This document shows, one piece after another, positions 1 to 9,531 of a stretch of DNA of 57,290 nt. Origin of the DNA: Vulcanisaeta sp. AZ3 (GTDB taxonomy: Archaea; Thermoproteota; Thermoprotei; Thermoproteales; Thermocladiaceae); NCBI GenBank assembly GCA_000960865.2, contig JZWU02000007.1, positions 1 through 57,290 on the forward strand, read 5' to 3'. The position numbers and the translations under genes were made by a program. Within the stretch, counting starts at the first letter, position 1, and each line of letters starts with the position of its first letter. The notes under the pieces were generated by a model that was not told the origin of the DNA, made no database searches, and was given only the letters and a program-made list of their open reading frames with translations.

Positions 1-225
1 GTTGGTGTTGGTATTAGAGCTGCGGCTGCTATGTATGGACTTGACTTCATACCCCTTGGTTGGGAGTATTATGATTTTGCAATACCAATTGATAGATTAG
101 ATAAGGATAGCGTGAAGGCATTCTTAAACATGCTCAGGGACGCAGAGTTTAAGGAGAGACTTGAGAAGTTACCTGGTTATAAGGTTCCCAACGATATTGG
201 TGAGGTAATATGGAGAAAACAATGA
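1..225 (+). CDS. C-terminal fragment of a molybdopterin biosynthesis MoeA/PBP-domain fusion protein (runs off window)
   Basis: Frame open from base 1 (VGVGIRAAAAMYGLDFIPLGWEYYDFAIP...LPGY), resembling the PBP-domain tail of archaeal MoeA fusions. Confidence 0.75.
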   Translation, partial: VGVGIRAAAAMYGLDFIPLGWEYYDFAIPIDRLDKDSVKAFLNMLRDAEFKERLEKLPGYKVPNDIGEVIWRKQ

Positions 226-253
226 TTTTAAAATTAGAGTTTTACTATTCATG

Positions 254-1741
254 TCACCTCGGTACTTTATCAACGAAGTAAACCTTCCTAAGCTTCTTAT
301 AAAATGCAACCCTTGAATTTACAAAGTCGATTAACTCCTTATCACTAATCTTACCTTTATACTCATCCTTAAGGACCACGTAAGCCACGGGAATTTGACC
401 AATAGATGGATCCTCCGACTGTTCGCCCGTTACGAATACCTCCTTAACGGCTGGGTGCTTCATCAATATTATTTCTAGGTCTCTTGGGAATATTGGATAA
501 CCCTTATACTTAATCATTCTCTTCTTAACACCCCTAAAGTAAAGCAAACCTCTCTCATCCATCGCCATCAAATCTCCAGTCAATAGCCAACCATTGAAGA
601 AAGCCTTCCTAGTATCCTCAGGGTCTGAGTAGCCCTTCATGATCCACGGTGCCTTAACCATTAACTCCCCAACCTCACCTACGCCTAACTCCTTACTTGG
701 GTTATTTGGATCCACTATCTTTAACTCTACGTCAGGTATGGCAGAACCAACAGTGCCTGTCACATCCTTATACTGGAGAGGTTGTACAGTTAATACATAG
801 GCTTCGGTTAACCCATAGAACTGTACGAGAGGGATACCGAACCTTTGATAGAAGCCTAGTTGTGTTGATGGTGATAATGGGGCAGCTGCGGAGAGAGCTA
901 TCTTAAGTGTTGATAGTTTTCCTGGATCTAAGCTCTTATTGTTTAATAATTGATCGAACATTAACGGAACTCCGGCAAAGACGGTCACACCATACTTACT
1001 GATGAGTTCAGGTGCATCATTAATGTTGAAATGCCTCATTATGATTGCCTTAGAACCCCTAATAAAGGATGATAGAAATTCCGTTAATCCTAGGATGTGG
1101 GCTAATTGGGCAGCTATAAGAATAACATCACTAGGGCCTAGATTAATGGACTCACCAAAGGCATAAGGCCCTGAGTATAGGCTGAAGTATGTGTGCCATA
1201 CCTGCATTGTCCTACCTGCAATACCTGCGTAGAAGTAAATCAAGCCAACATCATTCCTACTTACGTTATTTGGTTTAAACTCTGGCGATGAGCCACTTAA
1301 CAAATCATTAAAGTTAATAGCATTACCTGAGTAGTTAACGCCCACAACTTTAAACTTTGACAATAACCATCCCTCCCTTCCGATTACATCACCATCAGCA
1401 ATGACGACTTTAGGTGAAGAATCGGTTAATTGGTAGTCCAGGTCCTCGGACACTGTCAGTGGATCTATAATTACGGCAGACGCGCCCAGCATCCAAGTAG
1501 CGAAGAGTGATATTACTTCTTCGATACTGTTACTCATGACCATACCAACTCTATCACCATAACCAACACCTAAACCACTCAATGCATTAGCAAGTCTAGC
1601 TGACTTATCGTAAAGCTCCCCATACGTCAGTACTCTACCTCTCTCATCAACCACGAATACGGAATCTCTGCGATTCTTGGAGTAATCTATTAATGCTTCA
1701 ATGGGGTTTTCATAATTATACGTTAGTCGTTTAATTGACAT
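254..1741 (-). CDS. AMP-binding (ANL) acyl-CoA ligase-like protein with degenerate motifs
   Basis: YGLTE, TGD and HPAVKE motifs present; P-loop reads YFYAGIAGRTMQV; ends VDKVPR without the GK lysine. Confidence 0.8.
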   Translation of the reverse strand: MSIKRLTYNYENPIEALIDYSKNRRDSVFVVDERGRVLTYGELYDKSARLANALSGLGVGYGDRVGMVMSNSIEEVISLFATWMLGASAVIIDPLTVSEDLDYQLTDSSPKVVIADGDVIGREGWLLSKFKVVGVNYSGNAINFNDLLSGSSPEFKPNNVSRNDVGLIYFYAGIAGRTMQVWHTYFSLYSGPYAFGESINLGPSDVILIAAQLAHILGLTEFLSSFIRGSKAIIMRHFNINDAPELISKYGVTVFAGVPLMFDQLLNNKSLDPGKLSTLKIALSAAAPLSPSTQLGFYQRFGIPLVQFYGLTEAYVLTVQPLQYKDVTGTVGSAIPDVELKIVDPNNPSKELGVGEVGELMVKAPWIMKGYSDPEDTRKAFFNGWLLTGDLMAMDERGLLYFRGVKKRMIKYKGYPIFPRDLEIILMKHPAVKEVFVTGEQSEDPSIGQIPVAYVVLKDEYKGKISDKELIDFVNSRVAFYKKLRKVYFVDKVPR

Positions 1742-1747
1742 GAACGA

Positions 1748-3637
1748 TCACGACATATAGCCCTTCTCCTTCAGCGCGGCCTTAATGTCATCAAGTGTCT
1801 TAATATCATCTAGAGTAGATATATCACCATAGGGCTCATTTCTGACAAGCGCCCTTAGGAGCCTCCTCATTATTTTACCAGACTTTGTCTTGGGCAGCCT
1901 CCTCACTATCACCACATCATCAACCCTAACCCCAGAGGCCCTTGCAAATTCCTTAATATCATTTATTAAGGGCTCCGATGGTGTCTCACCAGATCTAAGT
2001 ACTACGAAGGCCAAAACTCTCTCACCACCACTAGGTACCGGTGCGCCAACCACCGCAGCCTCCGCCACAGACTTATGCCTAGCTAAAATACCCTCTATGT
2101 CCATTGTACCAAACCTCTCCCCTGCAACGGTTAGTATGTCATCAGCCCTACCAAGTACGTATAAGTAGCCATCTGAATCATAGAATCCGTAATCACCCGT
2201 GTAGAAATATCCTGGAAACCTAGACCAATAAGTCTTAGTTAATCGCTCGTAGTTAGGGTCGTTCCACATCTTAGCCATTGCTGGGTTTGGTATTGAGATA
2301 ACTATGTACCCTCTCTGTCCAGGCGATACTGGGTTTCCATCATCATCAACCACAAGCCACTTCGAACCAGGGAACTGAATACCAGCAGAACCAAGCCTGA
2401 AGGGTATCTCACCAAGCCCATAGGGTGTGGCTGCAATGGGTATTAAGTGCTCAGTCATCCAATAGGCATCTGCAATTATTGTATTTGGTAACTGGTTAAT
2501 GTACCACTGGGCAACGCCTGGGTTTAGGGTCTCTCCTGTGTTAAGTATTGACCTGAGCCTTGATAAATCAGCTTTTAATGCCTCCTCGCCAATACTCCTA
2601 ATTGTGTATAGCGTTGTGGTACTACTCCAAATCAATGACACTCCATACTTCTCAATAATTCTCCCGAACAAATCCCTCTTATACCCTACGAATCCTTCGA
2701 ATAAGAGTCCGGTTAACCCCATGATAGGTATTGTGTATAGGTTTGCCATGGGCCATACAGGCCAACCAAGCTCAGATATAGTCCACCAAACATCATCATC
2801 CCTAGGATTAAATAAGGCCCTAAAGGTCCAATTAAGTCCAATGACATAACCGCCATTTGTCTGTGTTAAGCCCTTCGGCCTTCCTGTGGTTCCTGAGGTG
2901 TAGTATATAGTAGCTGGTTCATTGGCCTCAACCGACACGGGTTCAACATAGACCTTATCCTTAGGTGCAATATCCTCATAAACTATGTCTCTACCACCCT
3001 TAACATTAAAGTCACTGAAGCCCCTCGAGACAACTAGGACCTTTTCAACGGGCGTCTGATACTTCTCCAACGTTCTATCCACTAAGTCCTTCATTCTAAC
3101 CTCATCACCAGCTCTAAAGCCCTTTGAGGCGACAACAAAGACTTTAGAACCGCAGTCTTGTAACCTATAGGCTAGAATCTCCTCACTAAGACCTGCATAA
3201 TGAATCACAAGTGTCGCACCTAACCTATGCACTGCTAAACCGAAGAAGACCGCCTCAGGTATGCTTGGGAACATCATCGATACAGTATCTCCCTTCTTAA
3301 CTCCCAATTCCTTAAGCACGTAAGCTGCCCTATTGACCTCACGGTATAGATCCCAATAACTAATAACCCTACTCTCACCTCTCTCATTCTCGTAGTAAAA
3401 GGCAACTCTATTGGCCAACGTGGGGATGTGCCTATCTACAGCATTATAGGCTATGTTAAGAGTACCTCCTCTAAACCAATAGAAACCAGGAACCTTACCC
3501 TCAAACACAGACCTAGGTTTCTCAAACCAAGTCAAGTACTCAGTCTTATCAGCCCAAAACCTGGCCGGGTTCTCGGCAGCCTCGGCAGCCATCTTCCTTA
3601 TTCTCTCGAGAGAGAACAGTCTCTGGTTTGTTTCCAT
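1748..3637 (-). CDS. acsA: AMP-forming acetyl/short-chain acyl-CoA synthetase
   Basis: YYTSGTTGRPKG, YFYTGD, LGRADD and LPKTKSGKIMRR motifs. Confidence 0.85.
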   Translation of the reverse strand: METNQRLFSLERIRKMAAEAAENPARFWADKTEYLTWFEKPRSVFEGKVPGFYWFRGGTLNIAYNAVDRHIPTLANRVAFYYENERGESRVISYWDLYREVNRAAYVLKELGVKKGDTVSMMFPSIPEAVFFGLAVHRLGATLVIHYAGLSEEILAYRLQDCGSKVFVVASKGFRAGDEVRMKDLVDRTLEKYQTPVEKVLVVSRGFSDFNVKGGRDIVYEDIAPKDKVYVEPVSVEANEPATIYYTSGTTGRPKGLTQTNGGYVIGLNWTFRALFNPRDDDVWWTISELGWPVWPMANLYTIPIMGLTGLLFEGFVGYKRDLFGRIIEKYGVSLIWSSTTTLYTIRSIGEEALKADLSRLRSILNTGETLNPGVAQWYINQLPNTIIADAYWMTEHLIPIAATPYGLGEIPFRLGSAGIQFPGSKWLVVDDDGNPVSPGQRGYIVISIPNPAMAKMWNDPNYERLTKTYWSRFPGYFYTGDYGFYDSDGYLYVLGRADDILTVAGERFGTMDIEGILARHKSVAEAAVVGAPVPSGGERVLAFVVLRSGETPSEPLINDIKEFARASGVRVDDVVIVRRLPKTKSGKIMRRLLRALVRNEPYGDISTLDDIKTLDDIKAALKEKGYMS

Positions 3638-4010
3638 AATTATAATTTTTAGATCCCCCTTTTAAGTATTAAGTTATCATTTGATGATGCTAATTATTAA
3701 ATCTTTACAAAGGACGATAAGGGATGAATACCTCTTCTCATTAGTATTCCCTGGTTCTACATTGAATAATGAGCTTTCTCTCTTCTAAAAACTGAATGAT
3801 TGCAAATATTAAGTTAATAATATTAGCTATAAGTATTTAAACACAGTAATGCTTGTTCTTACATAAGAGAGGTGTCATATTTATTATTTATGTGTAAGTT
3901 ATTTAGTGCATAATTTTCTTGAATATGATGACTTTATGACTAATTACTTCATAATGTTATTGTTATCTTTTCCGGTGAGAATATAAGGTGTTTAGCTTTG
4001 AAGAACTCTT

Positions 4011-5393
4011 GTGAACATCGATCTCGTGAAGTTGTTTGTTAGGTTGAGGGCGTATTGGGCATTGGTTAGGGGACTTAGGGAGTTTATTAATGATTATCCA
4101 TTTGATGAGATAGCGCTTAAGGCGTTGAGGGGTAGGGATGCCGTTTATCCATTTGGAGAGGTTGCTAGTTATGGTTCGGCTATACTTGGGTCAAGTATTT
4201 ATGAGAGTAGGGGTCATCCGCGGTTTAGAACTATTGATGATTCATTAATATTACTGCCACCTGCCTTCACGCCAAGGAGACTTGATAAAATGGCGGAGTT
4301 ATTGAGGGAGCCTACATTCATGGATGTAAATCTCGAGAGCCAGTTAGGTGGTTTTAAGGTTTCCATGCCGGTGGTCGTTGGTTCTATGGGTTCTACATCA
4401 ATAGCAAGTAAGTTTAGCCTTGATATTGCTAAGGCTGCGGCCAGGGCTGGTATTGTGCTTGGTATTGGTGAGAATGTAGCTACCGTGAGGGGATACTCGA
4501 GGAGGTATACGAGGGGGCATCCCTCCTTTAAGGAGAGGCTCATGGCTTACTTAACCAATGTGGATAAGTATGGTGGGGTTATTATTCAGCAGAATGTGGA
4601 GGATGCCTATGATGAACTTTGGAATAGGGTTTATAGTGATAAGGATGTGGAGCCTTACATAGAGGAGGGGTTGGTGGGTTTTGAAATTAAGATGGGGCAG
4701 GGTGCCAAGCCAGGTCTTGGTGGTGTTATTAAGATACCCAGGGAGGAGGCTATTAGGCTTAAGGCTAAGTACCACTTTGAGGTTGATCCTGAGGCGATTA
4801 GGGACAAATTCATAACCAGGTACTCCGTACCAGGCACATACACTGAGGATATTCTTAGAGGCATGATTAGACTTATGAAAACGGCATATCCAAGGGCTAG
4901 AATATGGATTAAGCTTGGGCCTTATAGGGATGTGGATAGGGTAATAAGTATAGTTCATGAGGAGGGAGCTCATGCCGTTGTTATTGATGGTAAGGAGGGT
5001 GGAACGGGAATGGCGCCTTCAGTTGCTATGAAGCACCTGGGTTACCCAACAATCGTAGGTTTGAAGAAGATTAGGGATGCTAGGAGGATGGGGATTAGTG
5101 ATACATCCTTACTAATTGCTGGCAGATTATATAATGGCTCGCATGTAGTCAAGGCAATGGCGCTGGGGGCTAGTGGGGTTTACATGGCAAGGCCTTTCTT
5201 AATAGCTGCAATGGTAAAGGGTGAGAGAGGTGTTGAGAATTATATAGAGACTGTTAAGGTGGAGACACAAATGCTTATTTCGGCGTTGGGTAAGTATGAT
5301 ATTAAGGAGGTGAGTGTTGAGGATGTTGCGGCTTTAGATAAGGATATTGCCGAGATGTTTGGAATACCATACGTATATTCAGAGACCTTCTGA
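4011..5393 (+). CDS. FMN-binding glutamate synthase family protein (stand-alone GltB FMN domain)
   Basis: EIKMGQGAKPGLGG, IDGKEGGTG and KAMALGA motifs. Confidence 0.85.
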   Translation: MNIDLVKLFVRLRAYWALVRGLREFINDYPFDEIALKALRGRDAVYPFGEVASYGSAILGSSIYESRGHPRFRTIDDSLILLPPAFTPRRLDKMAELLREPTFMDVNLESQLGGFKVSMPVVVGSMGSTSIASKFSLDIAKAAARAGIVLGIGENVATVRGYSRRYTRGHPSFKERLMAYLTNVDKYGGVIIQQNVEDAYDELWNRVYSDKDVEPYIEEGLVGFEIKMGQGAKPGLGGVIKIPREEAIRLKAKYHFEVDPEAIRDKFITRYSVPGTYTEDILRGMIRLMKTAYPRARIWIKLGPYRDVDRVISIVHEEGAHAVVIDGKEGGTGMAPSVAMKHLGYPTIVGLKKIRDARRMGISDTSLLIAGRLYNGSHVVKAMALGASGVYMARPFLIAAMVKGERGVENYIETVKVETQMLISALGKYDIKEVSVEDVAALDKDIAEMFGIPYVYSETF

Positions 5394-5570
5394 TATCAGC
5401 TAGAATGTGTGTTAAGATAAGTAGGTCTAGACTTCATGCTAAGAACTATAACTATGAAAAATGGTCGTTAAGAAGTTTAGATGGAGTAAGGATTAGAATC
5501 CTTAATGATTATTAGAGCCTTGGGCAGGTTTAAGGTCTAGCTTATTAGGGGTTTTGTTCTCTGTTTAATC

Positions 5571-6443
5571 GTGGGTTTGGCTTATCTTAGGCTTGTGAGG
5601 ATTGAACATGGCGTGTTGACTAGCCTTATAGTTCTGGCCTCATACATAATTGTTGGTGGTAGGAATCCCTTAGCAATGACCCTTCTCTTCCTATCCTCAT
5701 TACTAACTGAGGCCTTTCTTTTCGCAACTAACGATATATACAATGTGGAGGAGGATAGGGTGAATAGGCCTGACGCGCCGTTAGTACGTGGTGATGCGTC
5801 TCTAAGGAGTGCGTGGGTCTTGTCTTTAGTGTCTGTGGTCTTAGCCGTGATCTTTAATGTGATTGGCGTTGTTCTCGGTATTCTCATGCCCTTAAGCCTT
5901 GTGATTTTGATTCTCGCAATAATGCTAGGCTTTGCCTATAATTATGGCTTAAAGAGGACCCTATTGGTTAATAATACGTTGGTGTCTATAACCTCCTCGT
6001 TAACATTTCTCTACGGATTGTACGCCGTTAAAGTAACACTACCTACGCTGGATCTACCATACCTCTTATTCATAACTTCATTCTTGGCGACCATGGGTAG
6101 GGAGTTTATTAAAGGCGTTCTAGATGTACCTGGTGATATTAAGGTTGGTGTGAGGACTGTGGCTAATACCCATGGGGTTAAGGTTGCTGTGGTAATGGCC
6201 GTGGTGTTTGTATTGTTGGCTGTGGCTGTATCGCCATTAATAATACTTCAGGCGCTTAGTGAGGCGTTTGGTATTGTTCTGTCTGTTGGTGTTGTTATAA
6301 CTGATGCTTTATTGATGTACATTAGTATCATGGTGCTAGTTAGGAGTAATTATGCAGGTAGGTTTAGAGTAATAGCTCTTGGTGCTATGGCAGTGACAAT
6401 AATTGCTTACCTACTCTCTGCCTTAGTCGCTGTGTTGACTTAA
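5571..6443 (+). CDS. UbiA-family prenyltransferase, probable digeranylgeranylglyceryl phosphate synthase
   Basis: NDIYNVEEDRVNRPDAPL and REFIKGVLDVPGD motifs; many TM helices. Confidence 0.85.
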   Translation: MGLAYLRLVRIEHGVLTSLIVLASYIIVGGRNPLAMTLLFLSSLLTEAFLFATNDIYNVEEDRVNRPDAPLVRGDASLRSAWVLSLVSVVLAVIFNVIGVVLGILMPLSLVILILAIMLGFAYNYGLKRTLLVNNTLVSITSSLTFLYGLYAVKVTLPTLDLPYLLFITSFLATMGREFIKGVLDVPGDIKVGVRTVANTHGVKVAVVMAVVFVLLAVAVSPLIILQALSEAFGIVLSVGVVITDALLMYISIMVLVRSNYAGRFRVIALGAMAVTIIAYLLSALVAVLT

Positions 6444-6740
6444 ATACCTAAAAACGCTCCTGAGTATGGCTAGGTAATTTACCTCCCTGAACTTTACGCT
6501 TTTGAGAGAGGGTATTTCAATTAGCATGGGCTTTCTCATCTTCATTCTCATCTTCTCAAAGTCTTCCCTAACCTTATCCGCTAAATCACTCGTCACTAGA
6601 ACAGCAGCAACACCCTCTTCGAAACTCAATTCCTTAATTATAGAGAGTATATTCTCACCCTCCCCAACGACCCTACCCTCAAAGCCGAGAAGCCTATAGG
6701 TATACACGGTATGTTCATCACCAAGTACTACTGCACGCAC
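6423..6740 (-). CDS. atpF: A/V-type ATP synthase subunit F (true stop probably 6440-6442)
   Basis: MRAVVLGDEHTVYTYRLLG and PMLIEIP motifs; removing one base of the A5 run at 6450-6454 gives ...SVLGI* with a TTAA overlap with the convergent gene. Confidence 0.85.
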   Translation of the reverse strand: MRAVVLGDEHTVYTYRLLGFEGRVVGEGENILSIIKELSFEEGVAAVLVTSDLADKVREDFEKMRMKMRKPMLIEIPSLKSVKFREVNYLAILRSVFRYLSQHSD

Positions 6741-6820
6741 GATTAATGCAGTACTTGTTAAATTTTATAAGCTTAATTCCACAGGCATTATTTGATTGTA
6801 TTTGATGCAAATCATTAGGT

Positions 6821-7366
6821 TTACCAAGGCTCTTTCTTCAACTTTAGTAGGTATGCTATGGTGTTTGTGAGTAGGTGTATTGGTGGTGTTATTATTATAG
6901 CAATGACTACGTAAACCCACCGTAGGATCTGAGGCTGAAGAAGCCACAAAGCCAATAACGACATTAGTAAGAAATCCAATTGATCAAGCAGTGGCGCAGG
7001 TGCGCCACGAGGCATTCCCAATCTTCTCTTTATGAATGCACCAACTAAATCACCAACCAACGCTGCCAAGCACATTAGCAATACAGTTGTAGGACTTGGT
7101 AACTCTTGATATAGATTTACCACACTTGTTACTATGAGATATGTAAACTCACCTATCACGAAGCCCACGAGAAGACCTGTAATAAAGCCCTCATAGGTCT
7201 TCCCATCACCAAAGATCCTTCTGCCATCAATAAAATTCTTGCCAAGGTCTATGGGGATCCTCTTCCTGAAAATCTTACCGGCTACTACCGGTGTTGCGTT
7301 GGCCACGTATGGTGGCCATATTATTAATAATGTAATTATAATTATAAACTCCCAGTTTAAGTTCAC
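6821..7366 (-). CDS. carS: CDP-archaeol synthase
   Basis: ANATPV, PIDLG...DGRRIFGDGKT, GDLVGAFIKRR, PLLDQLDF and KKEPW motifs. Confidence 0.92.
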   Translation of the reverse strand: MNLNWEFIIIITLLIIWPPYVANATPVVAGKIFRKRIPIDLGKNFIDGRRIFGDGKTYEGFITGLLVGFVIGEFTYLIVTSVVNLYQELPSPTTVLLMCLAALVGDLVGAFIKRRLGMPRGAPAPLLDQLDFLLMSLLALWLLQPQILRWVYVVIAIIITPPIHLLTNTIAYLLKLKKEPW

Positions 7367-7372
7367 GTTAGT

Positions 7373-7774
7373 TCACTCAAGGCTATGCCTCTTTAACAAA
7401 TGGGTAATTGCTGAATTCTTTGTTATGAATTCCTGCCCACAAACGAGGCAGTAATATACGTCCATACCGCTCTTCCTAACAGCGATTATTAAGTGCTCCT
7501 TAATATGGCGTAGAAAGGAACCCTCACCATTTAACTTAGCACCACAAATATCGCAGGTTATTGTCTTACCACCGAACTTGCCATGCTTACTGAGGTGGTT
7601 TACGAAAGATATAGCCTCAACCTCGGCACCACACTTTGGGCATTTAAGTCTTGGTTGTGGTGTTGCGTTTACTAATGCGTCAAGTACCTTAGATGCATCA
7701 TTACCCATGTAATTGCATAGTGGGCACACAATCACTTTAGTTAATGCTCTTGCAGCGATGCTCATACCCGACAA
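7373..7774 (-). CDS. Multi-C2H2 zinc-finger protein
   Basis: Three CxxC-x11/12-HxxxH/HxxxxH units plus an N-terminal CxxC. Confidence 0.8.
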   Translation of the reverse strand: MSGMSIAARALTKVIVCPLCNYMGNDASKVLDALVNATPQPRLKCPKCGAEVEAISFVNHLSKHGKFGGKTITCDICGAKLNGEGSFLRHIKEHLIIAVRKSGMDVYYCLVCGQEFITKNSAITHLLKRHSLE

Positions 7775-7812
7775 ACGTAAGCCCTCTGCCTTTTAAGTTC
7801 TAACTAATTGTT

Positions 7813-8364
7813 GTGATGATGGTTAAATTGATTGGCGTGGCTATGATTAGGTGGGATTTAGGCATTGTGGGTTATGTGGCCTCCTCACCTCAGGACATTG
7901 AGGCTACATATTCAAATGTATTCCTACGTTGTTATCCAACAACCCTAGATATGACTAAGGAATCTAGCGGTAAGGTGTCCTGCATAGTCAATACAATGCT
8001 GGGTAGTCTGCCCATTAGGGCTCTTGCCATAATTTTAGACCCGTATGGAATAGCTAATGATGTTGGGACGAGACGTAGGGTTAGGAGGAGTGTTGTGCTT
8101 GATGGAGTGTACTCATGGTTCGCGAATTACTTGAGGAGTAGGAGTTTAGTGAATGAGGAAGATGATTTGGAGGTTAATGGGGAATTACTAAGCTTGACTA
8201 GGTTCATAAGAGCTAGGGTTGATGGATATGCCAGTGCCCTCGCTGGTGTAGTTTCCACGATAATTAGAGCTAAGGGTGTTGATGTTAGTAAGTTACCCAT
8301 AGATATTGTTGATGTTAGGGAGGAAGCTAGGAAGTATGTTGAGGAGTCAGTAGTTAGGGTGTGA
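7813..8364 (+). CDS. Hypothetical protein (start uncertain)
   Basis: 183-codon ORF with typical codon usage, divergent from the Zn-finger gene. Confidence 0.65.
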   Translation: MMMVKLIGVAMIRWDLGIVGYVASSPQDIEATYSNVFLRCYPTTLDMTKESSGKVSCIVNTMLGSLPIRALAIILDPYGIANDVGTRRRVRRSVVLDGVYSWFANYLRSRSLVNEEDDLEVNGELLSLTRFIRARVDGYASALAGVVSTIIRAKGVDVSKLPIDIVDVREEARKYVEESVVRV

Positions 8365-8417
8365 TCAGCATTTCCGGCGGTCAATCATAGGTCAGACAAA
8401 TGCCTCCTCATCATAAG
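8362..8417 (-). ncRNA. C/D-box sRNA
   Basis: Minus strand: ATGATGA (C, 8414-8408) GGAGGCATTTGT CTGA (D') CCT ATGATTGA (C') CCGCCGGAAATG CTGA (D, 8368-8365); two 12-nt guides; TTAAAA about 30 nt upstream. Confidence 0.85.
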
Positions 8418-8494
8418 TGCATTTTAACCACTTAGGTACCTCACTTTTAATTCCTTAGGGTGATACTTAAATACAGGTAATTAGGTATTAACAT

Positions 8495-9007
8495 ATGGTT
8501 GGGGGCACCCCAATTAAGGAGAGCGAGGTTAAGAATTATCCCCATGAGGAGTGGACCATACCCTTCCAATATAACGTGACTGCAGGCACTGCTTATTCAA
8601 AGTTCCTTGAGGGATTGAAGAATGGTAAGATATATGGAACTTACTGTAATAAATGTGGACATGTCTTTGTACCTCCAAAGATGCATTGCCCATACTGCTT
8701 CAGGGCAGTTGATGGTTGGATTGAGGTTAAGGATGAAGGTACCGTAATCACTGCAGTACTCAGTTACATAAGTGGGACTAGAGAACCTCTTAAGGAACCT
8801 AGGGCTGTTGGTGTGATTAAGCTTGATGTACCAGGTAGGGAGTTCAGCGAGCATAGGTTTCCTGGCATAATGCATTATTTATGTGTTGATCCCGAGACCG
8901 TGAAATCCATGAGGGTCTTTGGTATGAGGGTTAAGGCCCGGTGGAAGCCTACTAATCAGAGGGTTGGTTCAATGCTTGATATTGAGTGCTTCGAGCCACT
9001 GGGGTGA
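8495..9007 (+). CDS. Zn-ribbon/OB-fold (DUF35) protein
   Basis: CNKCGHVFVPPKMHCPYC followed by an OB fold; GMRVKARW. Confidence 0.88.
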   Translation: MVGGTPIKESEVKNYPHEEWTIPFQYNVTAGTAYSKFLEGLKNGKIYGTYCNKCGHVFVPPKMHCPYCFRAVDGWIEVKDEGTVITAVLSYISGTREPLKEPRAVGVIKLDVPGREFSEHRFPGIMHYLCVDPETVKSMRVFGMRVKARWKPTNQRVGSMLDIECFEPLG

Positions 9008-9480
9008 TGGGTATGTCTTTCGAGAAGCTAAATATGAATAAGGATGTTAGGCATTGGTTACATACAATAGAGCAGGGGTATAGGTATACTGCTGGGCCGA
9101 TTGGTACGAAGTTCTTGGAAGGCCTAAAGGCTGGGAGGTTGCTTGCTGGTAAGTGTCCCGTATGTGGTAAGTTATTCATACCACCAAAGTCCTTCTGTCA
9201 ATATGACTTTACTGAGATAAAGGAGCTCACTGAGGTTGCTTCGTTAGGTATTGTTAGATCCTACACCATCACCTATGAGGATTCATACGGTAATAAGTTA
9301 CCTAAGCCTGTCGTAATAGGTTTCATAGAGTTTCCAGGGGTTGTTGGTGGTATTATCCATTACATAATCAATGTTGAACCAAACAATGTTAGGATTGGTC
9401 TTAAGGTGAGACCCGCCTTCAAGCCTGATAATGAGAGAAGGGGCTCATTGACGGATATAATCGGCTTCCAACCAGCCTAG
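9007..9480 (+). CDS. Zn-ribbon/OB-fold (DUF35) protein, tandem paralogue
   Basis: CPVCGKLFIPPKSFCQYD and IGLKVRPAF; TGATG overlap with the previous stop. Confidence 0.88.
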   Translation: MGMSFEKLNMNKDVRHWLHTIEQGYRYTAGPIGTKFLEGLKAGRLLAGKCPVCGKLFIPPKSFCQYDFTEIKELTEVASLGIVRSYTITYEDSYGNKLPKPVVIGFIEFPGVVGGIIHYIINVEPNNVRIGLKVRPAFKPDNERRGSLTDIIGFQPA

Positions 9481-9497
9481 GTTTGTGGTACCAAAAA

Positions 9498-9505
9498 TTT
9501 AAAAG
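9498..9505 (+). promoter_or_regulatory. TATA box of rps3 operon
   Basis: TTTAAAAG preceded by an A-rich BRE-like stretch; the rps3 ATG starts 27 nt after it. Confidence 0.6.
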
Positions 9506-9531
9506 GGTATTGGGTTGATGATTCTTCTCAA

